From IMG/VR virus record IMGVR_UViG_3300034378_000060: a DNA stretch of 64,000 bases. One strand, 5' to 3'. The notes under the pieces were generated by a model. The model was not told where the DNA came from, searched no databases, and saw nothing but the letters and a program-made list of their open reading frames with translations. A program made the translations under genes and the position numbers. Positions 29,941 through 39,784 of the stretch are shown piece after piece. The first letter of the stretch is position 1. The number at the start of each line of letters is the position of its first letter. This DNA is from an uncultured virus (IMG/VR IMGVR_UViG_3300034378_000060). Lineage: Duplodnaviria; Heunggongvirae; Uroviricota; Caudoviricetes.

Positions 29941-30513
29941 CCTTTTCGATGTCTAATCGAAGCGTTTTTGCACATTGCGTGCATATTTGTTCCCGAATCT
30001 CAAATCCGTCCACGAACTGAGACGATACGCTTGAAACCGTCTCAAATACTCGTCCGTTTGGGCATTGCGTGGTGTGAGAGCATTGTTTTGGCAAAAGGGC
30101 TTGTAGATTACACGCTAATCCAGAACGAATCCATGCTTCGTGGTGTTTTGCGAAAATATTGCCAGATTTAGCCAGTTCTTCGATTCGCTGGATTTCTCGA
30201 ACCTTAAAGGCTATTTCAGCATCGCTTTGGTCTTGGTTTCGCTTAAGCCGTCTTGGATAGTCTCGTTTTTCCCAAAGACGCTTCGGATGGTCTCTTTCCC
30301 TCAGTTAAGCCACTCTCCTTGTCTCAATTACGGAAACTTCGCCATTTTGCTGTCTATTCCAGAAAGCAATCTGTTCCGCTGTTCCGTTCAGCAAAACAGT
30401 CTTTTTCTTGCCAGATTCGAGATAAATAACCTCAATTCTGGCTTGTTTTGGGTTTTTATCTCTTATTCTCAAATTGTTTTCACTCCTTATATTTTCTTGG
30501 TGTGTCTTGGTTG

Positions 30514-30562
30514 TTCCGACTTGGTGATTTTTCCGACTTGGTGAATTTTTCCGACTTGGTGA
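30514..30562. repeat. Three direct repeats TTCCGACTTGGTGA (17-18 bp period)
   Basis: Copies at 30514, 30531 and 30549, plus a partial TTCCGAC near 30585. Confidence 0.85.
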
Positions 30563-31868
30563 AAAAAAGTTTAAGTCTTCCAAATTCCGACAACAACCTT
30601 TTTTTATGGTTGTTGGTGTATTTCGAAATACGCTTTTTTTCTGTTGTGTTGTTTGTTCCATTGCGACACACAACCAATTAAGAAGCATGCAACCTATATA
30701 AGCATATTAACGATATTGGAGACTTAAGGAAAAATAACCATTAATGGAAAAAGCCAAATAAGCCCGATTTGGGCTTCTCTGGTGAATATAGCCTCAGATT
30801 GACCTTCTCTTGCTGAGTTGATGAGAGAGAAATGCTTCTTTCTGGAATACGGTCAAGCGTTAGGCTGGAAAGGCTGGGTTTATCATGCTGGAATTGCCTA
30901 TATACAGTTCGTTTATGGAAAAACAGCAAGTTCGAAGACTCGAAGCAAAAAAAGGGTATTTTGTAGAAGTGTATTTTTCAGCGACTCTTCGATTTTTGGG
31001 CTTGTTTTTGACCGATAGGCTCGAAATGGGCTTCTTTTCAAGATTCAGGCTTCTGGCTGGCTGTTTAATTTAATCAGTTGATTAAATAGAGTCGTAGTTT
31101 TCGAACTGTGTAGTTATGTAGTTCTTGACTACACATAATATGCTACAATATATCTACATAACATGACACTCTATGGAAGAAAAACAGCCTTATTGTATCT
31201 GTGTATCTCAGAAATACACGACTTATAAACCTTCTGGTTTTAGGTCAACTTCGGTCTTCGAAATTTTAGTGTTTATGTGTCATTACAAGTGAACAGCAAT
31301 ACAGTTTAATTTAATGGGAATTTTTGAGACACGTTTAAAAGGCTGTTCCATGTCTCTTAAGGTATATATCAACCATGGAAGACACACCACAAGACACAAG
31401 CCTTTAAGCATGCATGCTTAAGGGAACATGTAAGACGTAATACGAAATAGTATTACAAATTACAGAAGGGAATATGTCCAGAATAAGACATATAGCCAGC
31501 CCGTCACATACCACATATGCACATAGGTTGAATTTTTTCGCTCTGGCTTGCAGACTTTGGCTTTTATCCACTTCACCAGAAACCGACCATGAAACTTCGA
31601 TGGAATGGATAATGCTTCGGTCAAACGAATACTCAGAAAAGGCTTCTTTTCGGGTTTAGAACTCGGATTGCACTTGGTATCTGATGCGGAGTGCATTCGA
31701 ACCTTCGATTTCAAAAAGGACTCTAAAAAATCCTTTATTCCAGAAGGGGGGGGAGTTCTGGGCGTTTCGGTATTCGGTCTCGTTCTTTAATCAATTGATT
31801 AATTTGATGGAGAAATTCGAGATACGTTTATAAGTCTCTCCATGATTCCTTAAGGGTTAGGTGATACC

Positions 31869-32183
31869 GTGAGAATCGAACACTTAGACGTAAGAACAGG
31901 AGACAAAGCGAGAACATTCTTTTCGCCAAGTCGAGAAGCGATTCTCATAGGTAAAAGATGCACAGAAGAGAACGTTTTTTCTCACCTTAATCATGAATAT
32001 GTCCATCTTGGGATATATAACGTCTTGGGAAAATGGGAATCATCACTTTATGATAATATTTTCAATGTTCTTGGTTGTGGCTTTGGTGAATCTGGCGAAC
32101 CAACTGGCACAGAAAAATTTTCTAAGTCTGCCCACGCTGGTTGGAAGACCATAGCGAAAACACACCGAATTTTAAGCAAGTGA
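31869..32183 (+). CDS. Mini HExxH protein (paralogue family)
   Basis: HLNHEYVH...YDNI. Confidence 0.6.
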   Translation: MRIEHLDVRTGDKARTFFSPSREAILIGKRCTEENVFSHLNHEYVHLGIYNVLGKWESSLYDNIFNVLGCGFGESGEPTGTEKFSKSAHAGWKTIAKTHRILSK

Positions 32184-32250
32184 TTAATTTCATGGTGTTT
32201 TTCAAGATACCTTTATATGTGTCGAGAACGCTTTAATCAAGTGATTAAGT

Positions 32251-32673
32251 ATGAACGAAGGAAAGAATCTGGTTGCCGTGGCTCGCTGGCTAATCCGTTG
32301 GAGTGAGTCCAAACCCGTGCCAAAGGGTTACAGGAAAGGCTTTGAACCAAACAAACTTGTTTTCATTAATGGACGAGTCTTGGAATTTCCAAGACAGAAC
32401 GTTGATAAACAAATCAACATAGAAGCCTTCTGGCGGGACATCGACATCATCATGGTGGGAAAACCAAAGAGCATGCAAGACAAGCTAAGGGTAATTCTCA
32501 GCGAAATAGTAGAGCTGTCAAAGGACACAGGTATGGTGGAGAAAAAACTTCTAGTTAAATTTGGAATTTACGCTTGCACAAATCGCCAAGAAATATGGCA
32601 AAGTCTCCAACGTGAAAGTCGTGGAGTCACCCGAACAGATAAGGAGAAAAACATCTTATATTTGTTGAGTTGA
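32251..32673 (+). CDS. Chimeric ORF containing an MCM C-terminal-like segment
   Basis: DIDIIMVGKPKSMQDKLRVILSEIVELSKDTGMVEK. Confidence 0.5.
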   Translation: MNEGKNLVAVARWLIRWSESKPVPKGYRKGFEPNKLVFINGRVLEFPRQNVDKQINIEAFWRDIDIIMVGKPKSMQDKLRVILSEIVELSKDTGMVEKKLLVKFGIYACTNRQEIWQSLQRESRGVTRTDKEKNILYLLS

Positions 32674-33176
32674 AAAACATGATAGAACACATAAATCCAC
32701 AACCAACCGAAGAGTCTCCCGTCATAGTCGAAGATTATCCCTATGGATGGAGACAGAGAACAACCGCTCGTTATTGGATTGAGACCACAAAGAACGGTCA
32801 ACGAGTAGTCTTTCAGACCAAAAACCCGAAGACAGACCGATGGAACAAGCCAAAGAAAAGCACATATTCAGACATCAGAATTTTGTATCGAAACACGGAG
32901 AACGACCACATAGAGAACGATGGTTTATCGTTCACATATGCCGATGCGGAAGACTTAGCGAAATTTTTGGCTAACTTCCCCGAAGAGACTTTGACAGACT
33001 ACCAAAAAGAGCAATTGAAATTCTTCCGTGCCGTCTTGAAGACACGAAAGCATGTCCACGTTTCAATCGTTGAGAATCCAACACCAGAGAAGCAAGCGGA
33101 GATAGAAGCCAACAACAAGAAGACGAGCGGAGAACTACATCAAATTCTTCAACATTATTTAAATGAAGGAGAGTGA
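32670..33176 (+). CDS. Phage hypothetical protein
   Basis: YPYG..RT..RYWIET...NPKT..WNKPKKSTY. Confidence 0.6.
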   Translation: MKNMIEHINPQPTEESPVIVEDYPYGWRQRTTARYWIETTKNGQRVVFQTKNPKTDRWNKPKKSTYSDIRILYRNTENDHIENDGLSFTYADAEDLAKFLANFPEETLTDYQKEQLKFFRAVLKTRKHVHVSIVENPTPEKQAEIEANNKKTSGELHQILQHYLNEGE

Positions 33177-34039
33177 AAAGAAAAATGGAAGCAACCTTTA
33201 ACAAAGTCGGTGGAAAACTTGTCACGGGAATCGAATTCATTGACGAACACCGCTATATTCCAAAGGCTCTGGCTATCTTCAACCAAGTCGGAAACCTAAG
33301 ACTCACGGGCGAGACTGGCACAGGAAAGACATATCTCACATATGCACTTGCACAAATCAAAGAGATGCCATTATTCGAAGACGTTCTGACAAGAGACGTT
33401 TCTCGATGGGATTTGCTGGGGCAAGACATCTTGGAGTCTGGTAGTTCAGCCGTCCGCAAAGGAATCGTTACGCAATGGCTCGAAGCAGAGAAAGGAATCT
33501 TATATCTCGATGGGGCAAACTATTGTGAACCATCAATCTTTAGCCTTATCGAATCGCTTGCAGACTTCAGAGGGAACGTTTTCGTGCCAGAGTTGAACAG
33601 AGTTTACGAACGAACGCCAGAACACCTATTGGTTATCTCGTTCAATCCAGCGGAGAAAATCGGTTACTCTGGAACGTATCAGATGAACATAGCGACCATG
33701 AGACGATTCGAAGGCTTTACCGTAGAATACTTGAGTCCGAACAAAGAGACCGATTTAATCAAAGAAGTGGCTGGCAATTACAACTTTGCGAGAAAATGGG
33801 TTGAAATCGCCAACAAGACACGAAGCCTTTACAAGAAAGGCAAACTCAGAACACCACTAACCACGGGAAATCTCAAGAACTACGCTAAACTCTGGAAGCA
33901 TGAACACATGGCTGAAGATGAAATAATTGACATTGCGAAGAGTCTCTTCCCAGAAGAAGAACGTGACACAGTTGTAAGACTCTGGGAGTCTTCGAAGACC
34001 GCTCAACAGATGTTTAACGCAACACAACAAACACCTTAA
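33173..34039 (+). CDS. MoxR/CbbQ-type AAA+ ATPase
   Basis: GETGTGKT, LYLDGAN (atypical Walker B), SFNP sensor and ATMRRF arginine finger. Confidence 0.85.
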   Translation: MKRKMEATFNKVGGKLVTGIEFIDEHRYIPKALAIFNQVGNLRLTGETGTGKTYLTYALAQIKEMPLFEDVLTRDVSRWDLLGQDILESGSSAVRKGIVTQWLEAEKGILYLDGANYCEPSIFSLIESLADFRGNVFVPELNRVYERTPEHLLVISFNPAEKIGYSGTYQMNIATMRRFEGFTVEYLSPNKETDLIKEVAGNYNFARKWVEIANKTRSLYKKGKLRTPLTTGNLKNYAKLWKHEHMAEDEIIDIAKSLFPEEERDTVVRLWESSKTAQQMFNATQQTP

Positions 34040-34055
34040 GGAGAGTGAGAAAAGA

Positions 34056-34721
34056 ATGAGTGAAGAAGAAACCGAACTAATCTTAGACCGTGAACAACTG
34101 CAAAACATGGGAATCCACGCTGAAGAAATCTACACAATCGAATACGACATGTCCAGCGAACGGAAAATACCAAAGAACGCCACACCATACGAGAGAAAGG
34201 AAATAAAGACCAAAAACAAACTGGCTCGTGAATTCAGGAACAAACTAATCCACGCTCTGAAGTTCAAAATCATGGCAAGCAAGCACTTGGAGTCTTCTTG
34301 GATAATCAGCAAAGACAAACTTGAGACCGCTGTCGAAGAACTTGAGAATCTGAAGGCTGACATGGAGAGCAAAGGCTTCAAGAACGTTGACAAAAGGCTT
34401 CGAATAATACCAATACTCACGACAGACGAAGGCTTTGAACACTACGAAGAACTAAAGGCTCAGTTCTTGCTGAAATTTGCAACCGAACATATCCGATACA
34501 TTGACAACGGGATAGATGACCAACGCATGAGTCCAGCAATCTTATGGCGATGCAAGAAAGCCTTCAGCATAATCGAAAGCCTCAAAGAAGAAGTCAAACA
34601 CAGACCAGACTTGTATGATGAAATCGTTGACACCGTGGCACTACTCAGCGACAAAATCAGCATAATCGAAGAACACATGCGAAAGTGGAAAGAAGAGAGA
34701 GAAGCACAAAAAGCGAAGTAA
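34056..34721 (+). CDS. Hypothetical protein
   Basis: In the AAA operon with a GGAG SD sequence. Confidence 0.65.
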   Translation: MSEEETELILDREQLQNMGIHAEEIYTIEYDMSSERKIPKNATPYERKEIKTKNKLAREFRNKLIHALKFKIMASKHLESSWIISKDKLETAVEELENLKADMESKGFKNVDKRLRIIPILTTDEGFEHYEELKAQFLLKFATEHIRYIDNGIDDQRMSPAILWRCKKAFSIIESLKEEVKHRPDLYDEIVDTVALLSDKISIIEEHMRKWKEEREAQKAK

Positions 34722-34731
34722 GAGGGAGTCC

Positions 34732-34962
34732 ATGAAGCCAGCACTAAAAGCTGAAGCAGAACAAGACCTTAGAGTTTTGCTTCAGTCTAAGGAGTGGCAA
34801 AGACGATTCCTCTCGATAACCATGGAATCAAGCGATAGCGAGTGGCATTGGATTTGTATCAACTACCATGGAGACCAAGACGAACTAGACCATTTAATAA
34901 ACGAATACCTAGACCAAGAGAATCAAATAACCGTATCAACGCCAATGTTTGTCTTTAGGTGA
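34732..34962 (+). CDS. Micro-protein, FxFR-tailed
   Basis: Ends PMFVFR. Confidence 0.7.
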   Translation: MKPALKAEAEQDLRVLLQSKEWQRRFLSITMESSDSEWHWICINYHGDQDELDHLINEYLDQENQITVSTPMFVFR

Positions 34963-35174
34963 TAGAGTTGGAGTTAAAGTTCAAATTTGTTTTTCCCCCG
35001 TTATATGGAGTCTTCGATACAGGTGATGGCACAATCTACATTTTTGGAGACCAAGATGGTAAACTCATAGATGTGATAAACCATGAAACACTTCACTACG
35101 TTGTCATGGAAGTGGCTGGCAAAGAAGCATGCTTACAACTTGACAACATAGATGCTGACTGGACGAGAGTTTAA
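34959..35174 (+). CDS. Mini HExxH protein (paralogue family)
   Basis: VINHETLH...LDNI. Confidence 0.65.
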   Translation: MIELELKFKFVFPPLYGVFDTGDGTIYIFGDQDGKLIDVINHETLHYVVMEVAGKEACLQLDNIDADWTRV

Positions 35175-35377
35175 TTTTTTTGGCTCTCCATTCAGTTAAT
35201 CAATTGATTAAAAAAAGTGCTACTTTCAATCCATCAGCACCCCAAGATGGGTTACAGATGCCCACGGCGACCAAAAAGTGCCCAAAATTTTAAGCGATTG
35301 AAAGTTGATAATTCCATGGGAAAAACCGAGATACCTTTATATGTCATGGTGATGGTATTAAGGGTAGATAGAGTGAA

Positions 35378-37075
35378 GTGAGCATGAGCAAGAAGAAGAA
35401 GAACGGCAAGCCTAAGAACGAAAACTTCTCAAAGGAGTTGGACGAACTTAGGTCTTTGGCTATCTCTCTCACTAACGACACAAAACTCAAAGTCATTTAT
35501 GATGAGAAGTCACCGACATCATGGTATCACTACGGTAAGAATACCATATGTCTGAGTCTCAACATATATCCAGACTTTGTGACTAAAAACATCCGTATCG
35601 CTCGTAAAGTCTTAGATGGAGACTTAGGTCACGAAGTCGGACATTACAAACTTGGCAAGCACATAATCAAGTATGTTGAGAAGTGGATTGAATTCTTGAA
35701 GATGCGAAAGCGTGACTTCCCGAAGTTGGCTTTCGAAATCGTCAACGTTATGGAAGACAGACGAGACAACTATTGGGTTGAAAACCGTTGGCGATTCGAC
35801 ATAGGCAAGCGTCTCACATTCACAAACTTGATTCTCAAAGACCAGATAGAGAACAACTTAGAGAAAGCGGTCAATGATGCAATCACAAAGTTTGGCTTAG
35901 AAAAGATTCCGAAAACTGGATTAATGTGGACAATTTTCACGAACGAAGGCTTATATGATGCAGACTGTTCATTTCTCTGGGAGAAACTGACGAAGGAAGA
36001 GACGGAAGACCTTAAAGAATGTATTCGTCTCATGGAAGAATCGAAGTATTCACGACTCAGGATTGACGTTGTGAACAACTTCAAGAAAGTTTACAAAATC
36101 TTCAAGAAGCATGCGAGACAAGACTTCAAGAGTCGAAGATTCTCGATTCCAAAGATGGTTCAGTTCGTGCCAGCACAACAGGGGGGAGAACTGAAAGGTG
36201 ACATATCCGATGCACTTAAGGCTAAACTCAAAGAGATGATAGATAAGGAAATCAAAGCAGAAGAACAAAAGTTACAGGAAGATTTAAAGAAAGGGCACAT
36301 GGCTGGCGAAGGAACAGGCGATGAGATTCCAGCCCCAGAACCAGACTTTGATAATTATGCAAGACTTGTGGTTGAAAACAATCCAGAAATTGACAAACTT
36401 CTGAAGAAACTGAAGACTTTCATGCGTCCGAACATGCGGAGAAGTATCTACCAGAAGAGAGGCAAAATTATGCCTTCGTTGACAGCCAGAAGTTATGTGA
36501 CAAGCAAGCGAAGGAGAGTCACAAACGTTTACATAAAGAACGCCGTGAAATACGAGAAGGAGAAAATCAACATAGCCTTCTTGATTGACTTCAGCGGAAG
36601 CGTGGATAGAACAACCGCTCAGAACATTCTAACAATCTTAACGGAAGTCTTCGGACGATTCGTAGAAGACTTTGGCTTCGAAATCGGAGTCTTTGGAGAC
36701 AACTTCCAGAGAATCAAAACATTCTTCGAGATGTTTGACAACACCAAAGCAAGAATCGGAAACGTGACGGTCAACAGTTGGGGCACACGGATTCATGACA
36801 TACTGGAAGCATTCTTGAAAACGTTTAATTCGATAAAGCAAGACCGAAGGAAAATCTTGGTGATAGCCTCAGACTTTGCCTTCTGTGATGAAGAAGAAGC
36901 CAGAAAGTGTATCCAACAATACATAAAGGCTGGGATAGAAGTCAAGTTCATAGGATTCAGCGGAGTTGATGACTTCTTTAACGAGTTTGGCAATAACGTG
37001 CAACGTGCCACAATCACCGATGCGACAGAGTTGCCAGACAAATTCTTAGAAGTTTACTTGGAGAGTCAACGATGA
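35378..37075 (+). CDS. vWA domain protein with N-terminal HExxH domain (MoxR partner)
   Basis: GHEVGH...NVMEDRR, then MIDAS DFSGS, GT and ASD. Confidence 0.85.
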   Translation: MSMSKKKKNGKPKNENFSKELDELRSLAISLTNDTKLKVIYDEKSPTSWYHYGKNTICLSLNIYPDFVTKNIRIARKVLDGDLGHEVGHYKLGKHIIKYVEKWIEFLKMRKRDFPKLAFEIVNVMEDRRDNYWVENRWRFDIGKRLTFTNLILKDQIENNLEKAVNDAITKFGLEKIPKTGLMWTIFTNEGLYDADCSFLWEKLTKEETEDLKECIRLMEESKYSRLRIDVVNNFKKVYKIFKKHARQDFKSRRFSIPKMVQFVPAQQGGELKGDISDALKAKLKEMIDKEIKAEEQKLQEDLKKGHMAGEGTGDEIPAPEPDFDNYARLVVENNPEIDKLLKKLKTFMRPNMRRSIYQKRGKIMPSLTARSYVTSKRRRVTNVYIKNAVKYEKEKINIAFLIDFSGSVDRTTAQNILTILTEVFGRFVEDFGFEIGVFGDNFQRIKTFFEMFDNTKARIGNVTVNSWGTRIHDILEAFLKTFNSIKQDRRKILVIASDFAFCDEEEARKCIQQYIKAGIEVKFIGFSGVDDFFNEFGNNVQRATITDATELPDKFLEVYLESQR

Positions 37076-37224
37076 GATGTTCAACGTGCGGTGAAAACCG
37101 ACAAAGTGGCAAGATACATGAGCATGGAGACTTTGGTAAACATCTCCATTGTGCGTCTTGCTTGATAATTGAGAAAACACTTAAAAAGGAAATGGAAGAG
37201 GAAAACGCTTTCATGTTTCGTTGA
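37072..37224 (+). CDS. Zn-finger micro-protein, FxFR-tailed (50 aa)
   Basis: MRCSTCGENRQSGKIHEHGDFGKHLHCASCLIIEKTLKKEMEEENAFMFR-stop. Confidence 0.75.
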   Translation: MRCSTCGENRQSGKIHEHGDFGKHLHCASCLIIEKTLKKEMEEENAFMFR

Positions 37225-37242
37225 GGGAGTTGAGTTAAGCAG

Positions 37243-37431
37243 TTGATTAAATGTGGAAAATGCAAAGAGAGACAAGCCAGATACTTCGTTCAAGACAAGT
37301 TTGACGAGAACGAGAACGGTCACATGTGCGAAGAATGCTTTGTGAAATTCTTCGTCTGGGCGAAACGAACTTACGATATTGATTTTGAAGACCGCTTTGA
37401 AGTGAAGCCAGCCCCGTTCGTGTTTAGGTGA
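37243..37431 (+). CDS. Zn-finger micro-protein, FxFR-tailed
   Basis: CGKC...CEEC. Ends APFVFR. Confidence 0.75.
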   Translation: MIKCGKCKERQARYFVQDKFDENENGHMCEECFVKFFVWAKRTYDIDFEDRFEVKPAPFVFR

Positions 37432-37438
37432 TACACAT

Positions 37439-37630
37439 ATGCCGAAGAATTGTCCACTTTGCCACGAAGATGCACTTAGAGAAGACCACGTTAAGAAAGA
37501 CTTTACTCTCTATTGGTGTAAATCATGCAGATATGACGTTGCGATGCATAGTGATGGAAGAATCACGTTCTTACAGAAAACAAGACCGATAGGTTGGGTT
37601 GAACTAAAGAATCCATTCATATTTAGGTGA
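37439..37630 (+). CDS. Zn-ribbon micro-protein, FxFR-tailed
   Basis: CPLC...CKSC. Ends NPFIFR. Confidence 0.75.
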   Translation: MPKNCPLCHEDALREDHVKKDFTLYWCKSCRYDVAMHSDGRITFLQKTRPIGWVELKNPFIFR

Positions 37631-37875
37631 AGACTTTGGTTTGTGCATGTGAGCAATGCGGAAGGAATAAAGCGGAGTATGCATTCGGATATGACGGGTT
37701 CGACCATGCCAGAGGGGAAACCGTCCGCTTTGAATCGCTCATATGCGGTAACTGCTTAACTGAGAATGAGACAAAGTTCAAACAGGAGAAAAGGGCGTTC
37801 TATCTCATGTGGATAGAAACACCAGAACCGAAACCAGAACCGAAACCAGAACCGAAACCATTTATCTTTAGGTGA
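37627..37875 (+). CDS. Zn-finger micro-protein with (PEPK)3 linker, FxFR-tailed
   Basis: Ends PEPKPEPKPEPKPFIFR. Confidence 0.75.
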   Translation: MKTLVCACEQCGRNKAEYAFGYDGFDHARGETVRFESLICGNCLTENETKFKQEKRAFYLMWIETPEPKPEPKPEPKPFIFR

Positions 37876-37882
37876 TTCACAT

Positions 37883-38092
37883 ATGACAAAACTTGAGGCT
37901 GGAACGCTCATAACGTTGAAGAAATCAACGAATCCGTATTGTCCATTGGATAGACGATACAAAGTCTTAAGCATTGATGAAGAGAAAGCCATAGTTCATA
38001 TCTGCTATGGTGGCTCTGGTTACACCACGGGAATAGATAACGTTAACAAAGTCTTCCAAGCAAGACCAAAAGTGGAGTTTGTCTTTCGATGA
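37883..38092 (+). CDS. SH3-like micro-protein, FxFR-tailed
   Basis: Ends VEFVFR. Confidence 0.7.
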   Translation: MTKLEAGTLITLKKSTNPYCPLDRRYKVLSIDEEKAIVHICYGGSGYTTGIDNVNKVFQARPKVEFVFR

Positions 38093-38265
38093 CAGCGATA
38101 ATAAGCAATGGAGAGAAAGGTTGTTGCGAGTGTTGCATGCATAGAGATTATTGCGACATGACAAAAGACAGTCTAATAAAAGAAACAAAAATCGTGAATG
38201 GTGTCATCTATGTTCCACATAACTGCTATATCTTGAAAGGTAAACAGGAGTTTGTCTTCAGATGA
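38089..38265 (+). CDS. Cys-rich micro-protein, FxFR-tailed (58 aa)
   Basis: MTAIISNGEKGCCECCMHRDYC...KGKQEFVFR-stop, with ATGA overlaps. Confidence 0.75.
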   Translation: MTAIISNGEKGCCECCMHRDYCDMTKDSLIKETKIVNGVIYVPHNCYILKGKQEFVFR

Positions 38266-38474
38266 AAATAGACAAAACGATTGAAGTCGGAGACTACGTT
38301 CAAATCATAGCCAGTAAGAGGAACGTGTTCAGCCCGAAGATTCGAGATGGTATTCTTAAAGTTCTTGCTGTGAAAGACCAGAAGATGACTCTTCTGGTTA
38401 AGACAGAGTTTTTCACGTTCGAAGCCCCAACTCACGTATTTGAAAAGGTAGATGATAAATTTGTCTTCCGTTAA
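38262..38474 (+). CDS. SH3/KOW-like micro-protein, FxFR-tailed
   Basis: IEVGDYV. Ends DKFVFR. Confidence 0.75.
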   Translation: MKIDKTIEVGDYVQIIASKRNVFSPKIRDGILKVLAVKDQKMTLLVKTEFFTFEAPTHVFEKVDDKFVFR

Positions 38475-38700
38475 AGGTTGCTATTGGTGTTCTTACCGCA
38501 ATGGTTTGAAGTGCAGACTCTCAGACCAAACAGACTTAGGGAATCTTCTTTCGAACATTAAGCGTCAGCCAATTGCAGAAAGCCTTAAGAATCCTCTCAC
38601 CATGGATGAAGTTGAGGGAAATCTTGAGAATGTTGACATGCATATAGGTGAAGAATGCATTCATAGAATCAACCATAAGGAGACGTTTGTGTTTCGATGA
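38452..38700 (+). CDS. Cys-rich micro-protein, FxFR-tailed
   Basis: Ends ETFVFR. Confidence 0.7.
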   Translation: MINLSSVKGCYWCSYRNGLKCRLSDQTDLGNLLSNIKRQPIAESLKNPLTMDEVEGNLENVDMHIGEECIHRINHKETFVFR

Positions 38701-38981
38701 GTCGAGTTAATCAACTGCTTAACACGGCAACAGACTTGGACGTTCCAATTTGTGACCGATGTTTATGCAAGAGAAACAGAAAAGTGAAGGCTTACAAACG
38801 TCTCAAATATGCAGAGCCAGCGAGTAAGCATAGGATAATGGCTCATATTTGTTATCCATGTTTTAGAGAATGGGAAGACGTATTCAAAGAGAAGTTTGGA
38901 ACTTACACCAAGAGTCATGATGCTGTTGCATTGGCTTTCTTAGAGTTTATCTTCGGCAAAGACCACTTCGTATTTAGGTGA
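38697..38981 (+). CDS. Zn-finger micro-protein, FxFR-tailed
   Basis: CDRC...CYPC. Ends DHFVFR. Confidence 0.75.
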   Translation: MSRVNQLLNTATDLDVPICDRCLCKRNRKVKAYKRLKYAEPASKHRIMAHICYPCFREWEDVFKEKFGTYTKSHDAVALAFLEFIFGKDHFVFR

Positions 38982-39027
38982 TTGAATTGAGTCAGATGGT
39001 TATTGGAAGCACGGAGAATCTATCGAA

Positions 39028-39306
39028 TTGAAATGCACAGACCAACACAACAAGCCATACGTTCAATTCAATCATGACTACTGGAAACGCAAGATGAAGA
39101 GTAGAAAACTTGCTAAGTATATCTTGTTCGCTGTTTACGATGGTTGGTTCAAGACAGCCAAGAACTTAGTCATCATTGGATTCTTACCTTCAGCAGACTT
39201 AGAGAGATTTCCAGTCAATCCAGACGGACGAGACCGTTCGCCAGCATTCAGAATTCCCAAGCATGCTTTACGAACAGACTTCAACGTAATTCTCAAACGT
39301 CTCTAA
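39028..39306 (+). CDS. Hypothetical protein, possibly the C-terminal remnant of a PD-(D/E)XK protein
   Basis: In-frame upstream SDGYWKHGESIELK lacks a start codon. Confidence 0.35.
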   Translation: MKCTDQHNKPYVQFNHDYWKRKMKSRKLAKYILFAVYDGWFKTAKNLVIIGFLPSADLERFPVNPDGRDRSPAFRIPKHALRTDFNVILKRL

Positions 39307-39513
39307 TTTTTTTGGATTCCCTTCGATTTAATCAATTGATTAAATAATTTGATGGACAGGGAAAATCGGGGACACCATTCCGCCCAGTCCATCCCCTTAC
39401 AGAAAAGTGGCTGTTTTTTTAATCAACTGATTAAATCGCTGGTAAATCGTTGGGCTTTTCTCCGCTAAGTTTATAAGACTCGCTGGTATCACTTTAGTTA
39501 AAGAGGAATCGAA

Positions 39514-39774
39514 ATGACAGAAGAACGAATGTGCTTTGGATGTGGCAAGAAGTATGAGGCTGAAGAGTCTCAGCAAGAACACTTGTGCAAGCCATGTCAA
39601 GGTAACGTTCGAATCAGCAAAATGTATAAAAGTGAGAAACGACTACTTCCTTTCCAAGAAGAGGAAGTGAGAACATTCAAACCACAAGCACAACTGAATC
39701 CGATTTTCTTCAAAGTCGGAGTAGGTCTAATGTTCCTGTTCTTCGGTTTACCAATGTTATTGTCATTCATATAG
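39514..39774 (+). CDS. Zn-finger protein with C-terminal TM helix
   Basis: CFGC...CKPC and a hydrophobic end. Confidence 0.65.
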   Translation: MTEERMCFGCGKKYEAEESQQEHLCKPCQGNVRISKMYKSEKRLLPFQEEEVRTFKPQAQLNPIFFKVGVGLMFLFFGLPMLLSFI

Positions 39775-39784
39775 AGGGAAACGA

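Noticed and set aside
30514..30562. Mini-CRISPR array
   Set aside because: The 14-bp repeats are separated by only 3-4 nt, so there are no spacers.
37822..37860. 12-bp tandem repeat CCAGAACCGAAA
   Set aside because: It simply encodes the PEPK linker.
37072..38981. FxFR-coding DNA as an integron attC-like or other DNA repeat
   Set aside because: Third positions, Arg codons and stop codons vary freely, and no palindromic spacer exists between the genes. The conservation is at peptide level.
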